Sequence record: NC_009760.1
Direction: 5' to 3' (one strand)
DNA: 64,000 bases
Shown: positions 38,829-48,723 of the stretch, piece by piece
Layout of the letters: each line of letters begins with the position of its first letter
Position numbering within the stretch: the stretch's first letter is position 1
Made by a program: the position numbers and the translations under genes
The notes under the pieces: model-generated
The model's database searches: none
Told to the model about the DNA's origin: nothing
The model's input: the letters and a program-made list of their open reading frames with translations, nothing else

Positions 38829-39146
38829 CTATAATACCTTCTTTAGCCGTTGTAGTTTCGGCTTTAGTATACGGTTGCCGAAACTGGCATAGGCTTTCTC
38901 TTTTTTCGAATATGCATCAACGTTTGCGATAATATCATCAACAATTGCAACAGGATTAGCGATGCTTGTTGCTACACCATTAAACGTACCATTTTCTACA
39001 TATTCTCCATGAACTTCTGCTATGTCTTTTGCTACTTGTGCTTTTGCATCCTTCGCACTCATGCCCTCTTCACGATAACTATTAAAGAGATAGACAATCG
39101 ACTGACGAAACATATGCTTTGCACCTAGTTGTTTTGGATTATTCAT
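38829..39146 (-). CDS. Hypothetical protein
   Basis: Operon context upstream of recA. Confidence 0.55.
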   Translation of the reverse strand: MNNPKQLGAKHMFRQSIVYLFNSYREEGMSAKDAKAQVAKDIAEVHGEYVENGTFNGVATSIANPVAIVDDIIANVDAYSKKEKAYASFGNRILKPKLQRLKKVL

Positions 39147-39267
39147 AGATTTTCGAATAACATCTCCTTCCGTTATGATGCGGAACGTCCGTTACACCCC
39201 AAGACGGGGCGAAAGGGTTCTTCGCTTTAGGCTTTAACTCGCCCACTGCAAAGACCCCTTTCGTTTC

Positions 39268-39969
39268 TCAATCTTCGTCTTCTTCGTCGAAGTAGTTGTC
39301 ATCTTCATCATCATCGAAGTCGTCATCATCATAGTCCTCTTCGTAATCCTCATCCTCGTCTTCTTCCTCACGGCGACGTTTACGAGACTTACTAGCAGGT
39401 TTCTTTTTCTTCGCACCATCAGATGCTTTACCGCTTGCACGCTTCTTACGGCGTGGAGCTTCCTCTTCTTCATCTTCATCGTGGTCATCATAATCTTCTT
39501 CCTCATCACGACGACGGCGACGCTCACTACGTGGTTTACGTTCGCTACGCTCGCTCTTGCCACGAGAAGCACCTGCACGTTTAGAACCACTAGACTTCTT
39601 ACGACGACGTGGTTTCTCTTCTTCCTCTTCATCGCCTACGACTTCACTTACAGCCTCGGACAATGCTTTTGGAAGTAAGCTAATCTTACCTGCTTTGAAC
39701 GAGATACGATCCTCTTCTGCGTCATCTGGACGGTACACATCCATTTCACAATTGACGAATGTAACCCAATGACCTACACCTGCATACTCACGTAAATACG
39801 CTGCATCGTGACCAAAGATAGTGACTGCTGGATATACGTTTGGCATATCCCCTTCTCGCACGAATTGTTTACGGCACTCAACAACTACCTTTAAGATAGC
39901 ATCCTTACCGTCCTTGTCATTGTCATGAATGATTCTTTTGATTTGCCCTGCAATATTTGCACTAAACAT
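39268..39969 (-). CDS. ssb: Single-stranded DNA-binding protein with a very long charge-blocked tail
   Basis: OB fold (ANIAGQI, PAVTIFG, VGHWVTF) followed by ~120 aa of alternating K/R and D/E blocks. Confidence 0.7.
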   Translation of the reverse strand: MFSANIAGQIKRIIHDNDKDGKDAILKVVVECRKQFVREGDMPNVYPAVTIFGHDAAYLREYAGVGHWVTFVNCEMDVYRPDDAEEDRISFKAGKISLLPKALSEAVSEVVGDEEEEEKPRRRKKSSGSKRAGASRGKSERSERKPRSERRRRRDEEEDYDDHDEDEEEEAPRRKKRASGKASDGAKKKKPASKSRKRRREEEDEDEDYEEDYDDDDFDDDEDDNYFDEEDED

Positions 39970-40077
39970 ATTGTGAACCTCCTAATTGTTCATTAAGTAT
40001 AGTATTTCCATTTGTAATAATCATATACACGAAAGAAACGCCCTCGTACCTTTATCGCACGAGGGCATCTGCCTTTA

Positions 40078-40350
40078 TTATTTTACTGCTGTTTTCAACT
40101 CTTTACCAGCTTTGAATGCCGGTACTTTTGTTGCAGCAATTTCAATTTCTTCACCAGTTTGTGGGTTACGTCCCTTACGAGCCGCACGGTCACGAGTTTC
40201 GAATGTACCAAAGCCGATTAACTGTACTTTGTTACCTTCTGCTAAAGCGTTTGTGATACCGCCAAATACTGCGTCTACAGCTTTTGTAGCATCCTTTTTA
40301 GAGATTTCTGCTGTTTCAGCTACGTGGTTGATTAATTCAGTTTTGTTCAT
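40078..40350 (-). CDS. hup: HU nucleoid-associated protein
   Basis: [34 protein letters not shown]. Confidence 0.95.
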   Translation of the reverse strand: MNKTELINHVAETAEISKKDATKAVDAVFGGITNALAEGNKVQLIGFGTFETRDRAARKGRNPQTGEEIEIAATKVPAFKAGKELKTAVK

Positions 40351-40427
40351 GATAAGTGTCCTCACTTTTTCTCTGATTTGTTTTGTGTTTCTAGTGTCCT
40401 TAGTAGTTGTCATTTCTGACTATCCTC

Positions 40428-40455
40428 ATTTTATCATCCATAAAAGTAATGTCAA
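40428..40455 (-). promoter_or_regulatory. SigmaA promoter for HU/ssb
   Basis: TTGACA-N16-TAAAAT with an extended -10 TG. Confidence 0.65.
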
Positions 40456-40474
40456 GCCTTGACACTAAGCCATT

Positions 40475-40675
40475 TTAGAAAATAATAAACATGACAGCTC
40501 CAATAATGACAACCCACTTAAAGATACCTTTTGCTACTTCCTTGAATCCTTCCCAAAATGATTCTGCACCTTGCTTCATTCGGTCTAGACCTCGAATTGC
40601 TGATGAGCGATGCATTGGTGTGCTTTCCTTTCGCTCAATGACTTCCACTTGGTCAATCGTAATAGTTTCCATCAT
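40475..40675 (-). CDS. Small membrane protein
   Basis: C-terminal hydrophobic helix; AAGGAGG RBS. Confidence 0.55.
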   Translation of the reverse strand: MMETITIDQVEVIERKESTPMHRSSAIRGLDRMKQGAESFWEGFKEVAKGIFKWVVIIGAVMFIIF

Positions 40676-40696
40676 ATAACCTCCTTATACATAACA

Positions 40697-40712
40697 GGGC
40701 GTGCGAACGCCC
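40697..40712. repeat. Conserved GCGA-loop hairpin, copy 2
   Basis: GGGCGT-GCGA-ACGCCC. Confidence 0.75.
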
Positions 40713-40718
40713 CGTCAT

Positions 40719-43262
40719 TTAAATGATGTAGCTTTCTACATCTACCTTTCCGCTTTTACGTTTCTTCTTCCTCTTCGGCGTTGGTTCCTCGTCGAATAGA
40801 TCGGCAACTGGGTCAGCTTTCTTCACTGGTACAGATTGCTCGACTACTGCAAGTTCCTCCTTCGGAGCTTCTACCTGTGCCAAAGGCATAGTCGTCTTGA
40901 TACCCATCTGCTTTTTCAGCTTCTTCGCATCACGAACGAGAACTTTGCTTGCGATGAACTGGTCTTTCTCCTCACCATTGTAGTAGCTCTTTTCTCTATA
41001 ACCACGGACAACGACAATATTATCCTTATAGAGATGCTGACTACAAGATTTAAACACGTCAGGGAAGACCGTAAATTCTAGCGGTTCCAGTTGTGTTTCG
41101 ATTTCCACGAACGCCATATCCTCTTTGCGCTTCGTCTTGATGGTACGTACTTTTGTAATACGACCACCTACATCATACTCCTTCTTGTCACGGCGACCAC
41201 GGGATACATCCATATCAAGCAGTGGCGTAAATGGTAAGTCTTCATAAGGAGAACCGGAAACATAGATACCGATTAATTCGTGTTCCATTTGAAGCATTCG
41301 TTTTTCGTTGAACTGAGCTGGATCGTAAGCGAATGAGTGGTTCGCTTTCTCTTTCGAAGTCAACAGGTCTTCTTCCAGCCCATTCCACACTTTATCTTTA
41401 CGTAATGTAAAGTTGTAGTGGTTCAGTAAGTTATAGCGATTTCGTTCAAACGTATCAAAACAGCCGGCCTCAATGAGTGTACGTATAACACCTCTATTAA
41501 TCGGATTACTCTTCTGTTCTTCGGTCTTCACAAATTTGACAACGCATCTCGTATAGAAATCATCAAAGTCTTTATAGTCGCCATTATTATCTCTTTCACG
41601 TACGATGGCACGAACGGCTTTCTCACCAACGCCAGCGATAGAGAAGATTCCAAACCGGATTGCCCCCGCATCCGGAGAGAAATCGGCGTAAGACTTGTTA
41701 ATATCAGGTGGGAGAATGCGGATACCCATACGTTTTGCTTCTTTTAGATTCTCCATTGTCTTCTCTTTGTCACCGCCACGAACGGACAGTAACGCAGTCA
41801 TGAACTCAACGGGATAATGTACTTTCAGCCACGCAGTTTGGTATGTTTCGTCAGCGTAGCAAGCCGAGTGACTTTTATTAAAAGCGTACCCGGCAAAGGC
41901 TGCCATCTGTGAGAACAGGTTCTTTGCGAATGACTCTTTATAATTGTTTGTCACGGCTCCTACGATTTCGTGGGAATCCATTGCTTTCTTATTCTTCTTG
42001 ATTGTGTTCTCGATGTCTTGCTTACGTAAGAACAAATCATTTCCGTCATAGTCAGACTTTATGATGACGCCCTCATTGCCATCTTTATCTGTATGTTTCG
42101 GCATAGAATCGTACTTCGCAAGTAAGTTCTCGAACTTTTCAATTACATACTTATGACCATACATAAACTCGTCGTATAGCTTCGGCATTTCATCAATCTT
42201 CTTCTTACCGATGACACGACGGAAGTTGTCGGCATGACCTAAATTGTATCCTGCAATTACTTGAACCAGTCCCATGATTTGTTCTTGATAAACCATCTGA
42301 CCACGAGATTGCTTGAGTAAGGCGCGCATATCTGGATGAACATCAGAAAGGTACTCTTTTGGCTTTCGACTACCATTGAGTACATATTGTTGAGCGATTG
42401 TATTACCGTTTTCCAGAGTTGCATCTAGTGGGCCGGGACGGAATAATGCTAGAATATCAATTACTTCTTCTTGTTTTGCAGGTGCTACTTGACGGGTATA
42501 GGCTGTAATCCCTCGTCCTGCAACTTGGAACAGACCATGTGTCTCTCCCTTTGCCATAACTTCGAATGCTTTTGGATCGTCACGACCGATTGAATAAATA
42601 TCAATACGTTTGCCTGTAGATTGTTCAATAAGGTCAATTGTCGTTGAGATGATACGTAACGTGGATGTACGCAACAAGTCCATCTTTAGTAGCCCTACAG
42701 ACTCACAATCGGGATAATCCCACATCGTGATTGGTAACACTGCTTTTGATTTCTCTGTTGGTTTAATCGTTGGGCAATCCAAGTCTAGCGGACGTTTTGA
42801 AATGATGACACCGCCGGCATGAATACCACTCGTATCTATTGCACCCTCTATCTTACCTAGATAGTCATTCAGTTCAGGATACTTTGTCATCAGCTTACGG
42901 AACTGTTTACTTGCCTCGACGAACTTCGATAACGAACCGCCGTAACGAGCATAGTTCTCCGGATGAACAGAGATTTCCATCATGTCTTTGTAGGTACAGT
43001 CTTTTTGGTCTGGCATCTTTCCTTGATCGCCTGTTTCCTTTAATGTCGCTTTTACTTCATCAGCAACCTTGTAGCCATATTCCAATACCTTTTTCGGATT
43101 ATCCGGGTCACGTTTCTCAAGCGCTTTACAAATTTTATCAATCGAAGACTTCAATTTGAACTTCGTGAATGTTAAGACCTGCGCTGTTTTGTCACGTCCA
43201 TAACGCTGTGCTACGAAATCGAGCAACATGTCATGATTGTCACCAGGGAAATCGACGTCAAT
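40719..43262 (-). CDS. dnaE: DNA polymerase III alpha, exon 2 (extends upstream of the track ATG as IDVDFPGDNHD)
   Basis: IDVDF, GIHAGGVII, GLLKMDLL, YQEQIM, YAFNKSH, PPDINKS, OB domain. Confidence 0.9.
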   Translation of the reverse strand: MDVDFPGDNHDMLLDFVAQRYGRDKTAQVLTFTKFKLKSSIDKICKALEKRDPDNPKKVLEYGYKVADEVKATLKETGDQGKMPDQKDCTYKDMMEISVHPENYARYGGSLSKFVEASKQFRKLMTKYPELNDYLGKIEGAIDTSGIHAGGVIISKRPLDLDCPTIKPTEKSKAVLPITMWDYPDCESVGLLKMDLLRTSTLRIISTTIDLIEQSTGKRIDIYSIGRDDPKAFEVMAKGETHGLFQVAGRGITAYTRQVAPAKQEEVIDILALFRPGPLDATLENGNTIAQQYVLNGSRKPKEYLSDVHPDMRALLKQSRGQMVYQEQIMGLVQVIAGYNLGHADNFRRVIGKKKIDEMPKLYDEFMYGHKYVIEKFENLLAKYDSMPKHTDKDGNEGVIIKSDYDGNDLFLRKQDIENTIKKNKKAMDSHEIVGAVTNNYKESFAKNLFSQMAAFAGYAFNKSHSACYADETYQTAWLKVHYPVEFMTALLSVRGGDKEKTMENLKEAKRMGIRILPPDINKSYADFSPDAGAIRFGIFSIAGVGEKAVRAIVRERDNNGDYKDFDDFYTRCVVKFVKTEEQKSNPINRGVIRTLIEAGCFDTFERNRYNLLNHYNFTLRKDKVWNGLEEDLLTSKEKANHSFAYDPAQFNEKRMLQMEHELIGIYVSGSPYEDLPFTPLLDMDVSRGRRDKKEYDVGGRITKVRTIKTKRKEDMAFVEIETQLEPLEFTVFPDVFKSCSQHLYKDNIVVVRGYREKSYYNGEEKDQFIASKVLVRDAKKLKKQMGIKTTMPLAQVEAPKEELAVVEQSVPVKKADPVADLFDEEPTPKRKKKRKSGKVDVESYII

Positions 43263-44385
43263 CGCTTACACCGTCCCTTTCAGGATACTTTAACACTGCT
43301 TCCGCAGTCGGGCTAGACTATACCATTGTCTCTAGTGAGACACCCTTTGGTAGTCGTTGAGGGCTACTAATGTATCCCTGCTGATCGTCCATTGTTACGA
43401 TGACGCTGAGTTGTATCTTCGTCATCATCCTTCTACTTGTTTCTGCTCTCGCTCCATATAGGCAAGAAGGCTTTAGGATGTTCCAGCATATTCAGGGTAC
43501 GCACGGCACATCACTGAACCGTGGGACTATACTTTTAAGTAGCGTTGATACTTTCGAAATAAATATATATTAGCGCCATTGTAGATATAGCGACCAAACT
43601 TTCTTACATCATCTTTTGCCATAAACTCAAGTGAGTAACTGTTCTTCGTGTCAGTATGTCGCTTGTGCAATGTAGGCTTGTGGTCTATGTGTTCAGCAAG
43701 AGTCGTTAAGAACTCTCGTGTACCCATTATCTTTACTGCGTATGTATCATCTCTCTTACCGGAGTATGAGAATGAACCATCGCCATCAAAGTAACCACGA
43801 ATGAAATGATGTACTAAATGTTTCGGTACAATATCTTCGCTAGGAAACTTGAGAATCAGTGACTTGTTTTCGAATACACCCTTCTCAACTAAGTGAGTGT
43901 ACATCGTCTTACTAGTGAATCTAAATCGGCAATACTTTGTACCTACGCCATAAGAGTTACCTTCGTATTCTCCTATTGGATGCGTAGCCCGCAAAGCCTC
44001 TTTAAATCGTGATAGGTGACCTTTATCTTTTATGCCTAATGCAATTCCTACATTGTAATCGTTACGTGTATTGGACACATAACCATCGGCATACATAAAG
44101 CCTAACCAGTAAGCCTTCTCTTGAGTGTCGATTGTTTCGAAAAATGATTCATCAAGTGTGTACTTTCTGCTATTATCTCTTGGAGATCGCATTAGTCCAC
44201 GTTCTTTCAGGGTGCGTTGTAGTTTATTTCTACCGCATCCTGTTGCCTTCCAAGCGTCTAGCAAGGGCATACCATTCTTATAAAATTCGATAGCTTTTTC
44301 TAACTTATCCATGTTATAACCTCCTAATAGGGAAATCAACGTCTATAAATAGACTAACATGGAATTACGCTACGTTCAAGTAATA
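43263..44385 (-). mobile_element. Group I intron in dnaE (~1.1 kb; 5' splice site uncertain)
   Basis: Junction SPPD|IDVDF restores the DnaE motif; ATGCTGGAAC, GATCAGCAG, CTCAACGACTA and ATGGTATAGTCT core motifs; P3 ACCCT/AGGGT; terminal G at 43263. Confidence 0.8.
43527..44312 (-). CDS. LAGLIDADG homing endonuclease
   Basis: YWLGFMYADG and FIRGYFDGDG double motifs; start MDKLEK after AGGAGG. Confidence 0.9.
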   Translation of the reverse strand: MDKLEKAIEFYKNGMPLLDAWKATGCGRNKLQRTLKERGLMRSPRDNSRKYTLDESFFETIDTQEKAYWLGFMYADGYVSNTRNDYNVGIALGIKDKGHLSRFKEALRATHPIGEYEGNSYGVGTKYCRFRFTSKTMYTHLVEKGVFENKSLILKFPSEDIVPKHLVHHFIRGYFDGDGSFSYSGKRDDTYAVKIMGTREFLTTLAEHIDHKPTLHKRHTDTKNSYSLEFMAKDDVRKFGRYIYNGANIYLFRKYQRYLKV

Positions 44386-45888
44386 ATCGGGCGGACTATC
44401 ACGGTATGGTGATAAGAAACGCTCAAACATTAAACCATATTGTATCGGGTCAAGACGAGTAATGTCCAACAAGAACGCCATCATACTTCCGGCTGCGGAA
44501 CCTCGACCGGGGCCTACTAGGAACTCCGGATAAAAGGCATACTTCGCATTCGGTTTCGATACGACTTTTCGTTTGACTTTCTTCTTCTTGCCTGTCTGCT
44601 TATCCTTTACTACTTTCACAACAACTTCATGTACTTCTGCTTCAATCCATTCTTTATTCTGCGGATAGGATAACCACTTATTACGGTCGGAAGCCCAAAG
44701 TAAAATATCCCATAGCAGTAAGAAGTATGAAGGGTACTTTTTCATTGTTACGATACGTAGTTCATGTTCTACACGTTCGATATATTCTTTTACGTTAATC
44801 TTGTAGCCATTTACTTCTACAAACTCCACGTAGCCGATTAAGTTATCGAATAGTAGTTTCTTGAGATAAGATGCATCAGTATGACCATCAGGACAATACG
44901 GGAACTCAGGCATCAAGTCCTTATTGAGTTCAATATCTACATTACAATTGTCGGCAATCCAACAAGTATTCTCGATGGCGCTGTGAGGTACATTATTTTC
45001 ATCAGCCCATTGATACACTTCATCTGCACTTGCTAGATGATACGTGTTTGTTCCGGAGTACGGTGCGCAATCATATACGCTTTGCTTACGACTAATCGCA
45101 ACCAGTGCATGGTGAGCGTCTTTATCGTCCGGCTTTACATAGTGTACATCTTTTGCATACACTAATGGAACCCCTGTGTCATTGGAAATTCTTATCAATG
45201 CTTCGTTTACAATTTCTTGCTCACGGGATCCGTTATCTTGTATCTCTAAGAAATAGCGATAGAAAAGATTATTACGACGCAGTATCTCTTGTTTTGCCTC
45301 CTCTTCCTTACCTTCTAAGATAAGCTGGGACGTTTCACTCGCAAGACATCCTGTTGTCGCAATGATGTTCTTACCTAGCCCGTTACTTTCGATATAGTTC
45401 ATATCGGTACGAGGCAATGGTTTTGGTGCATAATACACATACTGGTTCGCATCTGAAATAAGGTGCTGTAAATCAGCCCATCCTTGATTGTTTACTGGAA
45501 TCATTGTAATGTGACGAGATGCGTTCCAGTTTCCTCTTGCGCAATCTGCTTTACTAATAACAGTTCTATCTTTTGCTTCGTACATTTCACATGCAGGAAT
45601 AAACTTAATCCCCTCTTCCTCACATGCTTTCTTGAACTGAATAACGCCACTGATATTACCGTGGTCAGTTAAGATAATCGTATCAATGCCAAGTTGTTTC
45701 GCACGCTTCGCTGTCTCTTTCGGTTTACACATTGCATCGGCAATCGAGAAGATACTATGCATATGAATGTGAACGATACGACGTGGCTTCTTGTTAGATT
45801 TGACTGCATCTAAGTCGTCCGAGAAATCGAATATTTCATCGTCGCTTACTACGTTTAGTTTTTTCTTTCTCTTTGTTTTTGTTACCAT
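44386..45888 (-). CDS. dnaE: DNA polymerase III alpha, exon 1 (PHP domain and start of palm)
   Basis: HIHMHSIFS.AD, LTDHGN, GPGRGSAAGS, FERFLSP; start refined to MVTKTK. Confidence 0.9.
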
Positions 45889-46357
45889 GATTCGTCCAAC
45901 CTCCCTCTGCTTTGCTCCACCATAATACCATATAAGTGAGTCCTGCATAGAGGCTCAAGAAATAATGCTCATATGTTCGGTGACCTTTCTGTTCATTACA
46001 TGTACGGCAACAACATGCTAAATTCTTTGTTAAAATCGAGCCACCTAATCGTTTGGGTCTAACATGATCGACAGTTAACTCTGGATGATCCTTATGCATT
46101 TGTGTACCGCATAAGTAACACGTATAGTTATCACGTTCAAATGCTTCCTGCTTAAATACAGCTTCATCTTCATAGTGATACAATACTTGAATAGTAGTAG
46201 GGTCTAACCAAATGGATTTATCCGACTGAACAGAATGAGCCGCCCTGCTAGGCGTTGTGTACCCAGCAGGATTGCCATTCTTATTTAAAACACGGATACG
46301 TTTAGAACTCGTCGTCGTCCGAGATTGGTTCTTTTTCTTCTTCATCTTCGTCCTCAT
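45836..46357 (-). CDS. HNH endonuclease (McrA-like)
   Basis: FERDNYTCYLCG, TVDHVRPKRLGG, CRTCNEQKG. Confidence 0.85.
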   Translation of the reverse strand: MRTKMKKKKNQSRTTTSSKRIRVLNKNGNPAGYTTPSRAAHSVQSDKSIWLDPTTIQVLYHYEDEAVFKQEAFERDNYTCYLCGTQMHKDHPELTVDHVRPKRLGGSILTKNLACCCRTCNEQKGHRTYEHYFLSLYAGLTYMVLWWSKAEGGWTNHGNKNKEKEKTKRSKRR

Positions 46358-46988
46358 CGTCCCAAGCTACCCATTCATCTTCCTCTTCCTCGGCTGCTGA
46401 CGCAACTTCTTCCTCTGCTAATTCAATCGCAATTGGAGGATTATGAAGACTCGTCGGATTCTCTCTAAACTTCTTGTCTTCCATTTCAATTTGGTCAGGA
46501 GATGGTAACTCACCTTTTAGTTCACTAATCTTCCATGAACCATACGTAAGAGTTGGCGTAACCGCACAATCCACTACGCTCACAAGATGAGATGCTTTCT
46601 TTAATTGTCCTACTACATATTCGTATTCTTCCTTCGTAACTCGTGCAACTACGTGTCTTGTATCAGGCATCGTAATCCAGTATATCGTTTGCATGATAAC
46701 TGGGTTTGCACTATGGATATTATCAACATACATTGTTTTTGATGTCGCTGTAATATCCGCAATATCTACCTTGATAACTTCTGTTTCGGATACTTCTTTG
46801 CAGACAATCTTACGATTTCGTGCATTTTCAGGTAGATCAGCAGTCGTATCCTTAATTGGTAATTTCTTTTTCACGTCGGCAGTAGGCTTCGGCTTTGCTT
46901 TCTTGCGTTTAGCCTCTTCTTCCTCGATAATTTCTACTACGTCCACCGACTTGTCTTTTGCGGCCTTGACCTTCTTCTTCGTTCCCAT
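46302..46988 (-). CDS. Hypothetical protein with a basic N-terminus and acidic C-terminus
   Basis: GGAGG RBS; strong charge asymmetry. Confidence 0.6.
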   Translation of the reverse strand: MGTKKKVKAAKDKSVDVVEIIEEEEAKRKKAKPKPTADVKKKLPIKDTTADLPENARNRKIVCKEVSETEVIKVDIADITATSKTMYVDNIHSANPVIMQTIYWITMPDTRHVVARVTKEEYEYVVGQLKKASHLVSVVDCAVTPTLTYGSWKISELKGELPSPDQIEMEDKKFRENPTSLHNPPIAIELAEEEVASAAEEEEDEWVAWDDEDEDEEEKEPISDDDEF

Positions 46989-47089
46989 CTCGATTCCTCC
47001 CTACATAATGCTTCCTAACTTCTTGTCTCGCAATTTCTCCTGCAACCACCCGCAGAACTGTTTGTACTAATGCTTTTAACAATTTGTCA

Positions 47090-48175
47090 TCACCCTGTCG
47101 CCAAAATACAAGTGTGAGCCACACTGCTTTCCGGTCGAAGTGTAAGTGGTTGTTTATCACGAACACCAACTGTAATCATATCAGAATCAATATGTTTTAC
47201 AACATCAATTATTCGTTTCACGCTGACACTAACCTCAGTTGCTTCACCTTGTAGCTTGGTCATTATGAACTCGGAGAAATTACCCTCCTGTGAATTTCCT
47301 GTTAGCGTTACTTTTCCCTTTTCAAACTGTAATATACCACTACCATCAATCATGATAGAGGCACGGTCAAGTAAGCCCAACAGTTCGTCTCTGTCCGCTA
47401 GGAACTGTAAATCAAACTCTTTACCGGGTAAGACGTTATCTGTGTTCGGGAAGTTACCCGCAAGTGTTGGAAGATGATACGTCGCAAGTCCAGTCTTCAC
47501 AATAAAATGATTGTTTTCACATGCTTGCATCGTTACCTTCTCATCATCTGCTACTACCTTCGCACAATTGACGAGCGACTTCTTACCCAGCACCACATTA
47601 AATGGGTCTGACTTAATCTTTCGCTTGTAATTCGCAATCGTAAAGCCGTCTGTACTAGTCAATTTCAGAAGATTACCATCTGATACAAACTGTATGCCCT
47701 GTAAGATAGGACGACTTGCTTCACGGCTAGAATCTGCCGCAAATGCTACGTTATTAATCAGCTTCTTAAACACTAGACCTGACATATCAAATGAGAACTT
47801 CGATTGTAGCTTCGGTGTTTTCGGGAAGCTCTCTTCTTGATACGAAATAAACGTCTGCTGTCCTTTCGCTGGCTTCGTCTTGAGTTGCAGGCCACCGCCT
47901 TTGCTAATGGCAAACATGACAGTCTGTACGTCTAGCTTCGATACGTATGCAATGAACTTCTTCGCTTTCACTACAAATTTACCAGTTTCTTTTACACCAG
48001 CAGGAACCCATACTTCGGTTGTGTTACTGCCGTCTGTCGTTGTTAGCTTAATACGGTTGGTTTTCTTACTGGCATAAATCTTAATACCTTCATGCCCTTG
48101 TGTCTCTGTACCAATGGTATCTTTGACAACCTGCAATCCTTTCTTTAGTTCGTCGAGTGCCACGTCAACTTTCAT
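47090..48175 (-). CDS. dnaN: DNA polymerase III beta sliding clamp
   Basis: 361 aa; FAAD..SRPILQGI, TSTDG, GNFPNT. Confidence 0.85.
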   Translation of the reverse strand: MKVDVALDELKKGLQVVKDTIGTETQGHEGIKIYASKKTNRIKLTTTDGSNTTEVWVPAGVKETGKFVVKAKKFIAYVSKLDVQTVMFAISKGGGLQLKTKPAKGQQTFISYQEESFPKTPKLQSKFSFDMSGLVFKKLINNVAFAADSSREASRPILQGIQFVSDGNLLKLTSTDGFTIANYKRKIKSDPFNVVLGKKSLVNCAKVVADDEKVTMQACENNHFIVKTGLATYHLPTLAGNFPNTDNVLPGKEFDLQFLADRDELLGLLDRASIMIDGSGILQFEKGKVTLTGNSQEGNFSEFIMTKLQGEATEVSVSVKRIIDVVKHIDSDMITVGVRDKQPLTLRPESSVAHTCILATG

Positions 48176-48201
48176 CGTAAAACCTCCTTAAACATGCAAA
48201 A

Positions 48202-48221
48202 AAGCCCGTGCGAGCGGGCTT
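48202..48221. repeat. Conserved GCGA-loop hairpin, copy 3 (also a minus-strand terminator)
   Basis: AAGCCCGT-GCGA-GCGGGCTT; U tract on the minus strand. Confidence 0.7.
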
Positions 48222-48225
48222 CATC

Positions 48226-48723
48226 TTATTTATTCAACATTGCTTTTAATTCAGGGTCAGCATACGGTTTACCCCATGCAGCTAACATGATCTTTGCTTC
48301 TTCTGCGTATTCAACAGGAAAACGACCGCTTACTTTCGTAATGTCACGCTGTAATCGAGAGTCATTATGTTTCTTCTTCTCGAATCCCGGTGGTGGCGTA
48401 ATCGTATTATAATCGACATGTAATTTCTCATGGTCGATACGTAGCGTAAGAAGTCTTGTTTCTCCCGATGGAGCTTTATTTAAACGCTTTGCGACAGCTT
48501 CGCATACTGTATGGAATCTACTTAATTCATGTACAATTGCATCTTTGTCTTTTGCGTTATCATACTTCCCTTTTATCTGTACGCCTTTCACATTCACAAT
48601 GACTTCAAGGTTATCAGATAAAGGGAACGACTTAATAGCTTCATCGTATACTTCTTCTTTTACACGGAACCCATAGGCTCCACGAATACTATTTTGTGAT
48701 GACTGCGATAATGTCTCGTTCAT
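48226..48723 (-). CDS. Hypothetical protein
   Basis: Operon context. Confidence 0.55.
   Translation of the reverse strand: MNETLSQSSQNSIRGAYGFRVKEEVYDEAIKSFPLSDNLEVIVNVKGVQIKGKYDNAKDKDAIVHELSRFHTVCEAVAKRLNKAPSGETRLLTLRIDHEKLHVDYNTITPPPGFEKKKHNDSRLQRDITKVSGRFPVEYAEEAKIMLAAWGKPYADPELKAMLNK

Noticed and set aside
39234-39632. Alternative-frame ORF over the ssb tail (likewise 50224..50547 and 50581..50772 on +)
   Set aside because: By-products of low-complexity GAA/GAT/GAC codon runs; no RBS.
40719-45948. Split-intein DnaE as in cyanobacteria
   Set aside because: Neither fragment carries intein sequence; group I core motifs are present instead.
45836-46357. IscB/IshB-like OMEGA nuclease (N-terminus faintly PLMP-like plus HNH)
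   Set aside because: No RuvC motifs, no room for an omegaRNA, and it fits ordinary McrA-like HNH proteins.
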